A DNA stretch of 64,000 bases, from the NCBI GenBank assembly GCA_964187785.1, contig OZ076418.1, forward strand, positions 24,862,001 to 24,926,000, written 5' to 3'. The stretch is from Amphiscolops sp. MND2022 (lineage: Eukaryota). A program made the translations under genes and the position numbers. Position 1 is the first letter of the stretch, and every line of letters begins with the position of its first letter. This document shows, in pieces, positions 1-12,898 of the stretch. The notes under the pieces were generated by a model. That model saw only the letters and a program-made list of their open reading frames with translations. It did not search any database and was not told where the DNA came from.

Positions 1-1019
1 AAATATGGAACAGGCGACCGCTTAGGTTGAAATTTTAATGATTATTCCTTATCTTTGTTCTTTTTTATCAGTAACTTCGTTGAAAAATATTATCTTTAGC
101 TGTAAAAAAACTGGTTGGCTTGCTGTTTTGATAATTGCATTACTTAAATGCTTCTGTGTCCGAAAGTTTAATGCAAAAATAAAACAATCAGCGCTGATGC
201 CGTTTCAGAAGTGAGAGATGAAGCAGAGTTTTGGGTTTTTTCAAAATCCGTTGCCCCACGGGCGTCTAAAGTTTGGTTTTCTTGAATGCAAAGAAGAGCT
301 CAGGGAAACCTAATTTGGAAATTTTTGATTAGGACATCTTTTCTGTCTACGCAATGTCTAACCTTTCTATGCAATGTTTGCTCAGTTTTTGAATAAGTTT
401 TGGGTTATATCATCCAAAAATATCGAAAAGAAGCAGCTGTTAAAAACAAATTTCTGAAAAGAAACCCAAAATTTTTTACCTCAATTTTTTGTCTCAAAAT
501 GCATTTACAAAAATTATCAAAACTCTCCAAATTTCGAATTTTTCCTAGCCGTTTTTCACTATCAAGTAAGTTTTCAGAAGGTAACGTTGTACTTTAGGTA
601 CACAAACAGCCCTTACAGCCCACAAGCAACCAACTTTTTCCCGATTCTGTGTTATGCACCTGATAACTTTGTGGTGGGTATGAATAATCACCGCATTCGA
701 GCACACCATGTTTGCCTCTGTAAGAGTTTTTAAACGAGTAAGCTGACTGACATTACTTGTTTGAAAGACACAAACTGCCCAATCAAGAGCCAAAATGGCC
801 GTTTCTGAAACATATTTCTATAGGAGAACTTTCATTCAGTTCACTGATTCGAAAACACGACTTACTTCTACCCAGCTTCACACACAATCCATCCGCCTCA
901 AGTGTCGTGAATATATTAAGTAATTTATTAAAGTGGACGTCTCGCGGTGGGCTAAAAAAAGAAGAAAACTAGCCATTGTTGAAAAAGCGCTGACCAAACA
1001 CCATCCATGATTGTTTCAG

Positions 1020-1085
1020 TTGAAATCGGAAGACGAGTACTCTGTAAACTCCAATGCGACGTGTTTGGAGCAGGAAGAGTTCCAG
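1020..1085 (+). CDS. Putative internal exon of a host gene (LKSEDEYSVNSNATCLEQEEFQ)
   Basis: Acceptor ttgtttcAG at 1018-1019, 66-nt open phase-0 frame, donor CAG|GTtggt at 1086. Joins in frame to the 3643 exon to give an ataxin-7-like N-terminal motif (see findings). Confidence 0.35.
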
Positions 1086-3207
1086 GTTGGTGAATTTTAA
1101 CAAAGATTGGTCATTTTCGCATTTTCAACAGAGACAGTTTCCGATAACACCAGTTTGTGAGAAAATTACACCAGTTTTCATTTACCACCCTGTAGGTAAT
1201 TAAGTGATCAACAAGATTAATTGTAGTTTTTTTAAAAAGGTTTAAAGTAATCATCTTGTATGATCTGTGTACTGGAATACAGAGCGGTAACTTTTCGTTT
1301 TCGACTCAGTTAAACTTCCCTTAGCTACTGATTAAGATGAGTTACTCAGTTTCTTGCTAGCATTTTTTCATGTTCATTAGTTGTTAGATTAGTCAATGTT
1401 ACAAAACTAGGAAGTATTTGTTGTATTCTAGACTAGTAGGCTGAAAACGGCTTTCCGGTTTTCTGAAATAGTTTCTTTATATATTATCGAACTATAGCGT
1501 AACAAAACATGGAGTGATATAGCAAAGTTTATACATATTGTTCTTGTTTATAAAAATAACTAGTATGTTTAAGACCGACACTCGGTAGAGGTTAAATGTT
1601 GACTACGGTGATTGATGGATGAACCGTATAACAGTTCCTCTTCTTTCTGCTTCTCTAGTACTGTGATGAGGGTGTCATTTTGCCCGCCAAAAATCTTGCG
1701 GCTTTTGTGCCATTTCCGACAATGGTTGGGGAGTGCCTTTTGTACCGCTCCAGACTGGTCCGGTAACAAAAACGAGTTGCCCGATATGGGATGCTACCGA
1801 AACAGATGTCGTGAGAGTCTTGAAATGTATCATAATTTGTATCCATAATTGAAGTCCTACTTACAAAGTAGTCAAGAAGAAGCATTCCACGAGGACTATC
1901 GAGAGCTTTATACTTATTGCCATAAAATGTACACAAGTAGCCCACATCAAATAGCTGCGGTAGTTTCAATTGTTCTTGTACTTGCAAAACCGTCGCCAAC
2001 AACGGCGTCAGAGAAGCATCGAGCTGAATCATTAGCCATTTTGGGCACTGGCCGCCGATTCTATGCAGTAATAAGGCTTCTGAAACATGCTCAAGAAAGG
2101 TGGAGATGTGATTTTACAAAAATTTCCGGATTTTCACCTGTTTCATTGTGTAACTTTCTGATAGTGACTCTGAACGTTTAAGAGCCTTTTTCTCCGTCTC
2201 TGGAATAGACAGGAGTGATAAATTACAAGTTTTGAAAAGCCCTTGAAATGAGCTTTCATTTGGTAAATTTGCATTTCTCAGTCTTAAACAGGTGAGGAGT
2301 TATTAGTATTCTCGTCAGAATTTTGGAAGTCAGAATACGTTATCTCATTTTTTTCGCACATTTTTGTATGCAAATTTATTTCAGCGGGTTGAAGCATTTT
2401 AATTGTGAAAACGAGTAGAAATAGTCGTTGTAGGGTGAAATTAGCCTTTAGATTGAGTCTCGGCTGCTTGTACCGAAGGTATAGTGTTTTTTACATTCTT
2501 AGAATTTTGTCCATCGTGACAAAAAAGATCTTGAAATATAGTATCATCTTAGTAAGATCTTAATAAGAATTTTGCCATGGGTTGCATGGTCGCCAAGATG
2601 TAGTATGAATTCGGTAAGATCTTGCCAAGACATCCAAGACGCTAGTAAGAGGGTCAACCCTGGTTACTATTTTCTTTTAAGTTAAAATTAGGTTTGTTGA
2701 TATTTTCCCTCTGATGAATGTTTGTGACTTTCAGAGTTTTATATTTCGCCACTATTAAGTCTGAGAGGGAAAGACTCTCATGCAATAGTTCTTTTGCCTT
2801 GTTCCACCCCAAGACATCCGCTGTGACCGCGTCGTCGCTTACTCGAACAAATGATTAGCGAGTTAATGTCTATGATTTGAGAGCGTGGCAAACTAGTAGT
2901 TAGTTCTTGTTAGATCATGTTCCGTTTCCTTTCATCGTCTGCTCTTGAGTTACGAGTTGAGGCTCGGCACAGATAAAGGAAATTTCTGTGAAGGTTGCAT
3001 TTGTCTTTTGGTTGCTCAAGTGCCCATGCAAACATTCACTGTCCACGGAATTGGTTGCTAAAAACGAACATGGTTAAATGCGATGCCCATATGCAATTGT
3101 TCGATTTGAACCGGTTGTTGTTGTGGGTGTTCATTCACGAAACACGAAGGATAATAAAATAAAACCAAAGTATTTAGGTTTTTTAAAAAGAACTTCTTTT
3201 GAGAAAA

Positions 3208-3530
3208 AGCTATGAGAAAAGGATTTAAAATGAAAGATCAAAAAACAATGAGCTCTGGGATTTGTTTTCTGAATGCGCTCAAATCGTTGTCCAGAGAATG
3301 ACGGACGTCACACTGTTTGTTTTGCAAAAACCCAAATCTCGGTCGATGATTTATATAATTCACTATTTGAAATAGTGAATTATATAAATCATCGACCGAG
3401 ATTTGGGTTTTTGCAAAACAAACAGTGTGACGTCCGTCATTCTCTGGACAACGATTTGAGCGCATTCAGAAAACAAATCCCAGAGCTCATTGTTTTTTGA
3501 TCTTTCATTTTAAATCCTTTTCTCGTAGCT
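3208..3530. repeat. Near-perfect 323-bp palindrome (161-bp arms, 1-nt centre), foldback/MITE-like
   Basis: Centre G3369 (cactattt-G-aaatagtg); arms pair out to agct at both ends with a single mismatch (T3213 opposite G3525). Explains the mirror-image ORFs 3238-3465(-) and 3273-3500(+). Confidence 0.97.
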
Positions 3531-3642
3531 CTCATGTTGCATCAAAGTTTCTTGCTTGCAACAAGAAAATGTAAAAGCCACGTGATCGACTGATTGTAAA
3601 CGGCAATGGCGAAGAACTCATTTATAAAAACCTTAATTCCAG

Positions 3643-3852
3643 GTACTTGCCTGTTACCCTGGAGAATTCAGTCTTTACTTCGTGGTCAAACCTCACTCCC
3701 TGATAAAGAACTACTACCAGAAGAACAAGACGACCACAATTGCATCCAGCAAATCAGAGAATGCCAGCAAAAATTCCTCCAATGAGGAGTCCAAACCCAT
3801 CAAACCCTCCTACGTCTCCCAGAAATGGGTCATTCAAATCACTAAACAATAA
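3643..3852 (+). CDS. Putative terminal exon (VLACYPGEFSLYFVVKPHSLIKNYYQKNK...QITKQ*)
   Basis: Acceptor ccttaattccAG at 3641-3642, 69 open codons in a locally GC-richer patch, TAA at 3850-3852 overlapping AATAAA. Not in the ORF track because it has no start codon. Confidence 0.4.
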   Translation, partial: VLACYPGEFSLYFVVKPHSLIKNYYQKNKTTTIASSKSENASKNSSNEESKPIKPSYVSQKWVIQITKQ

Positions 3853-6005
3853 AGAACTCAAAGAATTATGACGATAAATTTGATAAATTAGATGAGGCAA
3901 GAACGTACAAAGTATTGGAAATTAAATGTCAATAATTGCAGTGACAATAAAAGAAATTTCGAGCAGAACGATGTTTTTCTTCAAACATGAATTTTGGAAG
4001 GTGAATACATTTAGAAGCTTTTATTCATATCATTGGGAAAGCCAGAATAAACTTTCGATTAGACTCCAATAGTTTTATATCGAAAATGTTTTCAAATTTT
4101 TCCGCTTTTCTATTTTCACGTTTGCGTTGGAAACAGGAAAAAATGTTTGCTCCTTTGTTAGGTATCATGCTATGCCAAGCAAAATTTGACGCGTTCGAGT
4201 TTAACCATTACCAAAACTTCAAAACTTTTCAACAAGTTCAACAGCACTAAACGTACTTCAAACCAATACTGGATACAACAAATTTGGTTTAACGATTTTC
4301 AATTATTGCGACAATTAATTACAGCATTTTTTTCATGGAAAAACTCCAAGTTTTCGTAATCCCTGCATGTAACCTGTCTATTTACATTTTTCTTGCTTGG
4401 TCATTGAACTTGGAGACTAATAAAAACGCCTGGAATCGCCTTGCAGATTTTTATCCCTTGTTGAAACTGCTTGAACTTTTTACAAGTTTTTGTAGATTAG
4501 CAAGCTTAATTTTCATGATTTTCATAAAATTCTCAAGCAAACTTCCATGCAATAAAATTTCACTAACTCGATTTAATTCTATCAAGCTGCCTTTAAGATA
4601 CATCCTAAAGTCGGCGACAATTCCGAGCCGCGAAGTTTTGTAGGTTTCATAAAGACGCCGTTCTAATTTTGAAAGCAACAGACACCTCAGTGCTTATGAA
4701 ATGCAAACCCATGTTGAGCTTTCCTTCAGAATCTGTGCAGATCTGTGAGCCTAGTTTCCTTGAGGAAAGATCGTGCCACTGCTACGTAGGGACAACTGCG
4801 GATCTGCAAGGATCCTAGTAGATGTTCAAGATGTTCTGTACAGATAATTCAAGTAATTTTTTCCGGAGCTTCTGGGAAAACGATAGATTGCATTTTCTTG
4901 AATTTCTTCAACAAATTAACAAGTATTTTTTTAACCAAGGCTCAGTCAGTTGAAACTCTCCATCACTCAAAATTCTCGAGCAGGAAATTTTGCTGTATGG
5001 GAAATGAATGATCGGTATTGGTTATACACGGTAATCTATCCTTTTCACTAATTTTTCAGGAGTCGTTGTTCATTTTTCAGAGGCCCGTTTGCCATATTGA
5101 CTTCATTTTGACGGATGTAATTAGACACGTGACCGTGTGGATTGGTAGAGGTGTTGATAAAGTGATGTTGTTGTAATATTTTGGGTATTGGTTTGCTGGA
5201 GTAGTTTTAGTAATTGTTGGAATCTTCGAAGACAAAGTAATTTTTTGGTCATTATCGTAAGGCTAAGTTTTTGACATAACCTGGAACATCTGTCAGGATC
5301 TGTACAAGTCTGACCAGATTGTTACAGAATTACAGAAACGTTTTTAAGTTTCAATTACGATGCGTTTATCTCTTTTGGAGCACTTTTTAATCAACTAATT
5401 TCAATTTCAAAACTATTTATGACTGGTTTTCGATAAATCCTGGTCAATAGAATGCAATTAAACTTCAGTCACAATATAAGTTTCAAAGTAGCTGAATAAC
5501 TTTCATAATCAGCATGCTATTTGACTAACGGTGATTACATAAGGTAGGTACTGAGAAAACGAACGCGTGAAAACAAAGCGATTGGGGCGGTGAAGAAGTG
5601 AAAGCTGCCTGGTAATGCTACAAATTTCTCCATGCGTGGTTCTTCAACTTTTCATGTTTTGTAAAAAAACTAGCTTTCCTTTTTTCATGCAGCTTGTAAA
5701 AAGTTCAAGCAATCTCAAGTAGGTATTCCACTATAGCTTGAGACCTTGAATTAACTAAAAAGGTAAGAAATGAGCTGTTTTGGTGGAAAAATCAACGTGC
5801 GCTCTTCTGTTTAACACTTTAACGACGGACTTTAACCTTTTATGAATTTTTCTTTAATCAATAGAAATCAAGAAAGAATTTTCTTGTGAAATCTTGAAGT
5901 TTTGTTTGGTAAGTTATTGGTCTTTACATGACATAAGTCACGTTACTTGATACTTGACGGAACAGTGAATACAAAATTGACCTTTTTTAGTCGACACTTT
6001 TTGTT

Positions 6006-7058
6006 TAGCAAAAATGCCCCACTCTTACAGTGACTTTTTTCTTCAGGCCACAGACCTCACATTGAAATGTCCACTTTTTACAGAAACTACTAAAACTACT
6101 GAAGCCAAGTCCGGACAGCGGAAACTTAGTGCAAAGTGTCCCCGTTTCATTTTTCATTTTTGAAACTTTTTCAACGTAACCTACAAAACCGGACGAGACT
6201 AAAGGTTCCCCATTGTGCGACTTTTTTCGGAATTTTTTTATTGTCTCCAAAGTCCTGGGAATATTTCAAAAACTGCGCTTTTTGAGCCTTAGATACAGCG
6301 CCGACTTTAGATGTTCTCATCTTGTTCTAAACTTAAACTGCCACCGCCAAAAATGACTTTAACAAAATTACGGAAGAAATTTTTTGTTTTTCAATGACAG
6401 CAGACTAGAGAGTGTTGTCTTGTTTTTTTTAGTCGGCGCCTTTTCCCTTGAGGAAAAAAAGTCGACTAATACACCGGGTAATTTTTTCAGTTCACTCTGA
6501 TTGGTCCACTTTTTTGTTCATCTGCTCAACTTCATATAACGTTTCAACGTTGGGATACATGCAATGTTTTCAAAGTTCTGCTTAAGGTTTTCAAAGTTCA
6601 GATATAATGTTTTCAAAGATCGGATATAGCGTTTTCAAAGTTCGGATATAACGTTTTCAAAGTTCGGATATAACGTTTCCGGCACTATGAGACTGTTCGG
6701 AATTCTCGTTATTCGTTTCTTTCCGAAAATTTTTTAATGTTTGCAGAGCGTCTTCCTTCAAGTTTTTTTTGATATTTTGCAACAGAATGGTTGTTAAGAA
6801 GCCCAAAGGGCCCCCCTCTCAGTTTTTCTGGCATTGTGAGACTTTTTTCGAAAAAAAGTTTCTTGTCTTCAAAGGGTCCTTATTCAATTTTTTGATACTT
6901 TGCAACAGAATGGATCTTAAAAAATCCAAAAGGGCGCGCCAATTCGGTACAATTTTTGGGTTTTAGGGTACTGAAGAAAAGAATACTTGACACTTTGAAA
7001 CCTATCGCTATTTTTGAGCCTTAGATATGGCGCCGACTTGGGCCGTTCCCGGATTGTT
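6006..7058. repeat. Cluster of dispersed non-autonomous repeat family R1 (termini ...cgccgact...cttgtt; internal GGGGACCC-type motifs)
   Basis: Motif ttgagccttagata(c/t)(a/g)gcgccgactt...(c/a)ttgtt at 6282-6326 and 7014-7058; segments are reverse complements of 44365-45345 (e.g. tgtgcgacttttttcggaatttttt vs aaaaattccgaaaaaagtcgcaca). Confidence 0.8.
6566..6680 (+). repeat. 22-bp minisatellite, about 5 units (gttttcaaagttcggatataac)
   Basis: Units start at 6566, 6587, 6609, 6631, 6653; a related reverse-complement motif occurs near 25372-25400. Confidence 0.92.
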
Positions 7059-8014
7059 TCTGCTTTAAATAGCAAAAATCTTTGATCTAATGAGCGAACT
7101 TCGTAACAAATGAAAGAAAAAAACTGTTCAAACTGTTGTCTGGTACCCTAGCAAAGACTGTTTTCATAAATTGTTCACAGATTATCTTCAAATATCATTA
7201 ACTTTTCAACGCAATACTACTTCTTAATTCATGATAGTTTTGAGGGGAGCAAAAAAGCGCGCAAAAAACTGTATGAAAGTTTTGGGAGGCGGTTTACTTG
7301 GGGTTGAAAGTGTCTTCATGGGTTTTTGGCTACACGTACGTTCTAAATGCTTTGTTTGAGCTCACAAACAGAATGAAGCAGTTCGCCAAGCCTCTGGATG
7401 TACCCTCTGAGATGAACAGAAGTGCTAAAAAGCGCTTTCAATGATTTTTCAATCGGAGATTTTGTTTCCGGTTTCAATTTCTTCTGTTGAATTGTTGCTG
7501 TCTTGCGATAAAGTTGAACGAACGAAAATTTATGTCTTTCAACTTTTGAAAAAATCTGATTCAAGAGTTTCCAAGCGAAAACGAGATTCAATGTAAGTCA
7601 AGCGGCAACGGATTTCAATGTATTTTTTTCTACTTTTTCAGCCCTTCTTCAATGTCGTTCTGTTCGCTAGATAGCATTTCACCAGACCTCAGAAGTACTG
7701 CTTAGGGATGACTGATTTTCAAAACAAGTTTGGACCACTCAGTTTTCAGTCAAAACAACCTTTAATGTATAATATTCAGCTTTCTATTTGAGAAGCGGTG
7801 ACCCCATCAGATGGGTAGTTCAGAAAACAAAACGTTAATACAATGTGATTGTGTCGGTAATGAAGTGGGACTCGTTTTCAAGAAACAGGATATTTTATTT
7901 CAGATTTTAGAATGCCCGTTTCTGAGAGCAAAGGCAAATAGCTAATTAGAAAAATGAAGATGACATTCATATAGACTGAATAATGTTAGGACTAGTCCTT
8001 CCTTCGTTGAATAA

Positions 8015-10763
8015 TGATTTTAGACGTTATTCTACAAAAATACGGTAATTTTAGACATTATTCCAGTGGAATATAATGTTTTTAGATCTTATTCTACCAA
8101 AATAGAGTGATTTTAGACGTTATTCCACAAATATAGTGATTTTAGACATTATTCCCCAAAAAAGTGATTATAGACGTTATTCTGCAACAATAATGATTTT
8201 AGACGTTATTCTACAAGGATACGGTGATTTTAGACAATATTCCAGTGGAATATAATGTTTTTAGATCTTATTCTACCAAAATAGAGTGATTTTAGACGTT
8301 ATTCCACAAATATAGTGATTTTAGACGTTATTCCCCAAAAAAGTGATTATAGACGTTATTCTGCAACAATAATGATTTTAGACGTTATTCTACAAGGATA
8401 CGGTGATTTTAGACAATATTCCAGTGGAATATAGTGTTTTTAGATCTTATTCTACCAAAATTCAGTGATTTTAGACGTTATTCCACAAATATCGCGATTT
8501 TAGACGTTATTCCCCAAAAAAGTGATTTTAGACGTTATTCCACGAAAATAATGATTTTAGACGTTATTCTACAAAAATACGGTAATTTTAGACAATATTC
8601 CAGTGGAATATAATGTTTTTAGATCTTATTCTACCAAAATAGAGTGATTTTAGACGTTATTCCACAAATATAATGATTTTAGACGTTATTCCCCAAAAAA
8701 GTGATTATAGACGTTATTCTGCAACAATAATGATTTTAGACGTTATTCTACAAGGATACGGTGATTTTAGACAATATTCCAGTGGAATATAGTGTTTTTA
8801 GATCTTATTCTACCAAAATAGAGTGATTTTAGACGTTATTCCACAAATATCGCGATTTTAGACGTTATTCCCCAAAAAAGTGATTTTAGACGTTATTCCA
8901 CGAAAATAATGATTTTAGACGTTATTCTACAAGGATACGGTGATTATAGACAATATTCCAGTGGAATATAGTGTTTTTAGATCTTATTCTACCAAAATTC
9001 AGTGATTTTAGACGTTATTCCACAAATATCGCGATTTTAGACGTTATTCCCCAAAAAAGTGATTTTAGACGTTATTCCACGAAAATAATGATTTTAGACG
9101 TTATTCTACAAAAATACGGTAATTTTAGACATTATTCCAGTGGAATATAATGTTTTTAGATCTTATTCTACCAAAATAGAGTGATTTGAGACGTTATTCC
9201 ACAAATATAGTGATTTTAGACGTTATTCCCCAAAAAAGTGATTATAGACGTTATTCTGCAACAATAATGATTTTAGACGTTATTCTACAAGGATACGGTG
9301 ATTTTAGACAATATTCCAGTGGAATATAATGTTTTTAGATCTTATTCTACCAAAATAGAGTGATTTTAGACGTTATTCCACAAATATCGCGATTTTAGAC
9401 GTTATTCCCCAAAAAAGTGATTTTAGACGTTATTCCACGAAAATAATGATTTTAGACGTTATTCTACAAGGATACGGTGATTTTAGACATTATTCCAGTG
9501 GAATATAGTGTTTTTAGATCTTATTCTACCAAAATTCAGTGATTTTAGACGTTATTCCACAAATATCGCGATTTTAGACGTTATTCCCCAAAAAAGTGAT
9601 TTTAGACGTTATTCCACGAAAATAATGATTTTAGACGTTATTCTACAAAAATACGGTAATTTTAGACATTATTCCAGTGGAATATAATGTTTTTAGATCT
9701 TATTCTACCAAAATAGAGTGATTTTAGACGTTATTCCACAAATATAGTGATTTTAGACGTTATTCCCCAAAAAAGTGATTATAGACGTTATTCTGCAACA
9801 ATAATGATTTTAGACGTTATTCTACAAGGATACGGTGATTTTAGACAATATTCCAGTGGAATATAGTGTTTTTAGATCTTATTCTACCAAAATTCAGTGA
9901 TTTTAGACGTTATTCCACAAATATCGCGATTTTAGACGTTATTCCCCAAAAAAGTGATTTTAGACGTTATTCCACGAAAATAATGATTTTAGACGTTATT
10001 CTACAAAAATACGGTAATTTTAGACATTATTCCAGTGGAATATAATGTTTTTAGATCTTATTCTACCAAAATAGAGTGATTTTAGACGTTATTCCACGAA
10101 AATAATGATTTTAGACGTTATTCTACAAGGATACGGTGATTTTAGACAATATTCCAGTGGAATATAGTGTTTTTAGATCTTATTCTATTAAAATTCAGTG
10201 ATTTTAGACGTTATTCCACAAATATCGCGATTTTAGACGTTATTCCCCAAAAAAGTGATTTTAGACGTTATTCCACGAAAATAATGATTTTAGACGTTAT
10301 TCTACAAAAATACGGTAATTTTAGACATTATTCCAGTGGAATATAATGTTTTTAGATCTTATTCTACCAAAATAGAGTGATTTTAGACGTTATTCCACAA
10401 ATATAGTGATTTTAGACGTTATTCCCCAAAAAAGTGATTATAGACGTTATTCTGCAACAATAATGATTTTAGACGTTATTCTACAAGGATACGGTGATTT
10501 TAGACAATATTCCAGTGGAATATATTGTTTTTAGATCTTATTCTACCAAAATTCAGTGATTTTAGACGTTATTCCACAAATATCGCGATTTTAGACGTTA
10601 TTCCCAAAAAAAGTGATTTTAGACGTTATTCCACGAAAATAATGATTTTAGACGTTATTCTACAAAAATACGGTAATTTTAGACATTATTCCAGTGGAAT
10701 ACAGTGTTTTTAGATCTTATTCTACCAAAATAGAGTGATTTTAGACGTTATTCCATAAATATA
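8015..10763 (+). repeat. Satellite array 1: 179-bp higher-order repeat of six 28-31-bp monomers (core tgattttagacgttattc)
   Basis: Monomer lengths 31+31+31+29+28+29=179; equivalent monomers recur at 8015, 8194, 8373, 8552 etc.; one 57-bp (two-monomer) deletion near 10080. Confidence 0.98.
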
Positions 10764-11548
10764 ATATCAGAAATGAAATACATTGTCCAAAATTCAACTG
10801 AAATTTTTGGATTAGAATTTTTCATTTTCGAAAAATTTTTTGATTTTTGTTCTCGAAAAACACCTAAGTTTTCAACTCACGCGGAAAACTTCAACAGAAA
10901 TGCTCGCAAAAACCTTTAATAATCCTTCTTGTTAGTTTGTCATATTTTCTGAAAATATTTGACGCTGAAAAGGTTGAAAAAATAATTCAAACTTCAACCA
11001 ATCAAAACAGCCTAATTTTGATATTCCGTTCTAAAGTAGTCCCTAAAAATGCCGTCTAGAACTTTGTTATGGAATTGGTTTTGTTTCTCCTAACCCGAAA
11101 AGTGATAAATATTGTCTATTCCGACAGTATTCATGCAAGAAAAAAATTTTTACACCGAAAAAAATCCCAGTAATACGAAATTGTTTGCCACACTGGCACA
11201 CGTAAAAATTTTGTTTACATCATATGCACTCATAAAATTTGAGGTTTTCCCCGCAAAAACATGGAAAATTTCGCGGGGAATTTTTCTTGAACTTCCTTGA
11301 TGTTGCTCTGAAAACCCGCCAAATTGTATAGAAATTCTAATAAAAACCTGAAGAAATAGCATTGCATCAGGGAAATACTTTAGCATTAATGATTTTCCAT
11401 GAAACTCCCAAAATCATGCTAAAAGTGCTTGGTAGACTATAAAATCATGTAAAAGTTTCAAGCAGTTTCAACTAGGGCTACCTTCTTTCCGATAACTTTG
11501 CAAAGAGGCCAATACCTCAATACCTACTGCTTCATTGATATTCACCAA
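10764..11548. repeat. ~790-bp non-satellite spacer, copy 1
   Basis: Near-identical to 12114-12898 (offset 1350) and 15376-16161 (offset ~4612). Confidence 0.97.
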
Positions 11549-12113
11549 TGATTTTAGACGTTATTCCACAAATATCGCGATTTTAGACGTTATTCCCCAA
11601 AAAAGTGATTTTAGACGTTATTCCACGAAAATAATGATTTTAGACGTTATTCTACAAAAATACGGTAATTTTAGACATTATTCCAGTGGAATATAATGTA
11701 TTTAGATCTTATTCTACCAAAATAGAGTGATTTTAGACGTTATTCCACAAATATAGTGATTTTAGACGTTATTCCCCAAAAAAGTGATTATAGACGTTAT
11801 TCTGCAACAAAAATGATTTTAGACGTTATTCTACAAGGATACGGTGATTTTAGACAATATTCCAGTGGAATATAGTGTTTTTAGATCTTATTCTACCAAA
11901 ATTCAGTGATTTTAGACGTTATTCCACAAATATCGCGATTTTAGACGTTATTCCCCAAAAAAGTGATTTTAGACGTTATTCCACGAAAATAATGATTTTA
12001 GACGTTATTCTACAAAAATACGGTAATTTTAGACATTATTCCAGTGGAATACAGTGTTTTTAGATCTTATTCTACCAAAATAGAGTGATTTTAGACGTTA
12101 TTCCATAAATATA
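11549..12113 (+). repeat. Satellite array 2 (about 3 HOR units)
   Basis: Same monomers as array 1; begins at the junction caccaaTG|attttagacg. Confidence 0.98.
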
Positions 12114-12898
12114 ATATCAGAAATGAAATACATTGTCCAAAATTCAACTGAAATTTTTGGATTAGAATTTTTCATTTTCGAAAAATTTTTTGATTTTTAT
12201 TCTCGAAAAACACCTAAGTTTTCAACTCACGCGGAAAACTTCAACAGAAATGCTCGCAAAAACCTTTAATAATCCTTCTTGTTAGTTTGTCATATTTTCT
12301 GAAAATATTTGACGCTGAAAAGGTTGAAAAAATAATTCAAACTTCAACCAATCAAAACAGCCTAATTTTGATATTCCGTTCTAAAGTAGTCCCTAAAAAT
12401 GCCGTCTAGAACTTTGTTATGGAATTGGTTTTGTTTCTCCTAACCCGAAAAGTGATAAATATTGTCTATTCCGACAGTATTCATGCAAGAAAAAAATTTT
12501 TACACCGAAAAAAATCCCAGTAATACGAAATTGTTTGCCACACTGGCACACGTAAAAATTTTGTTTACATCATATGCACTCATAAAATTTGAGGTTTTCC
12601 CCGCAAAAACATGGAAAATTTCGCGGGGAATTTTTCTTGAACTTCCTTGATGTTGCTCTGAAAACCCGCCAAATTGTATAGAAATTCTAATAAAAACCTG
12701 AAGAAATAGCATTGCATCAGGGAAATACTTTAGCATTAATGATTTTCCATGAAACTCCCAAAATCATGCTAAAAGTGCTTGGTAGACTATAAAATCATGT
12801 AAAAGTTTCAAGCAGTTTCAACTAGGGCTACCTTCTTTCCGATAACTTTGCAAAGAGGCCAATACCTCAATACCTACTGCTTCATTGATATTCACCAA
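12114..12898. repeat. ~790-bp spacer, copy 2
   Basis: I found one substitution relative to copy 1 (12199). Confidence 0.97.

Noticed and set aside
1612-2181. Overlapping ORFs on both strands (78, 110 and 125 aa)
   Set aside because: No recognisable motif or convincing splice signals; a weak sulfatase-like GY..F.G.KY resemblance did not extend.
2282-2291. 10-nt micro-exon candidate (ttctcAG|tcttaaacag|GTgagg)
   Set aside because: Would break the frame between the 1020 and 3643 candidate exons; no independent support.
3238-3500. Pair of near-identical 75-aa ORFs on opposite strands
   Set aside because: Automatic consequence of the palindrome; TTG starts.
4451-4678. 75-aa - strand ORF as a host exon
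   Set aside because: No identifiable domain; AT-rich; boundaries unconvincing.
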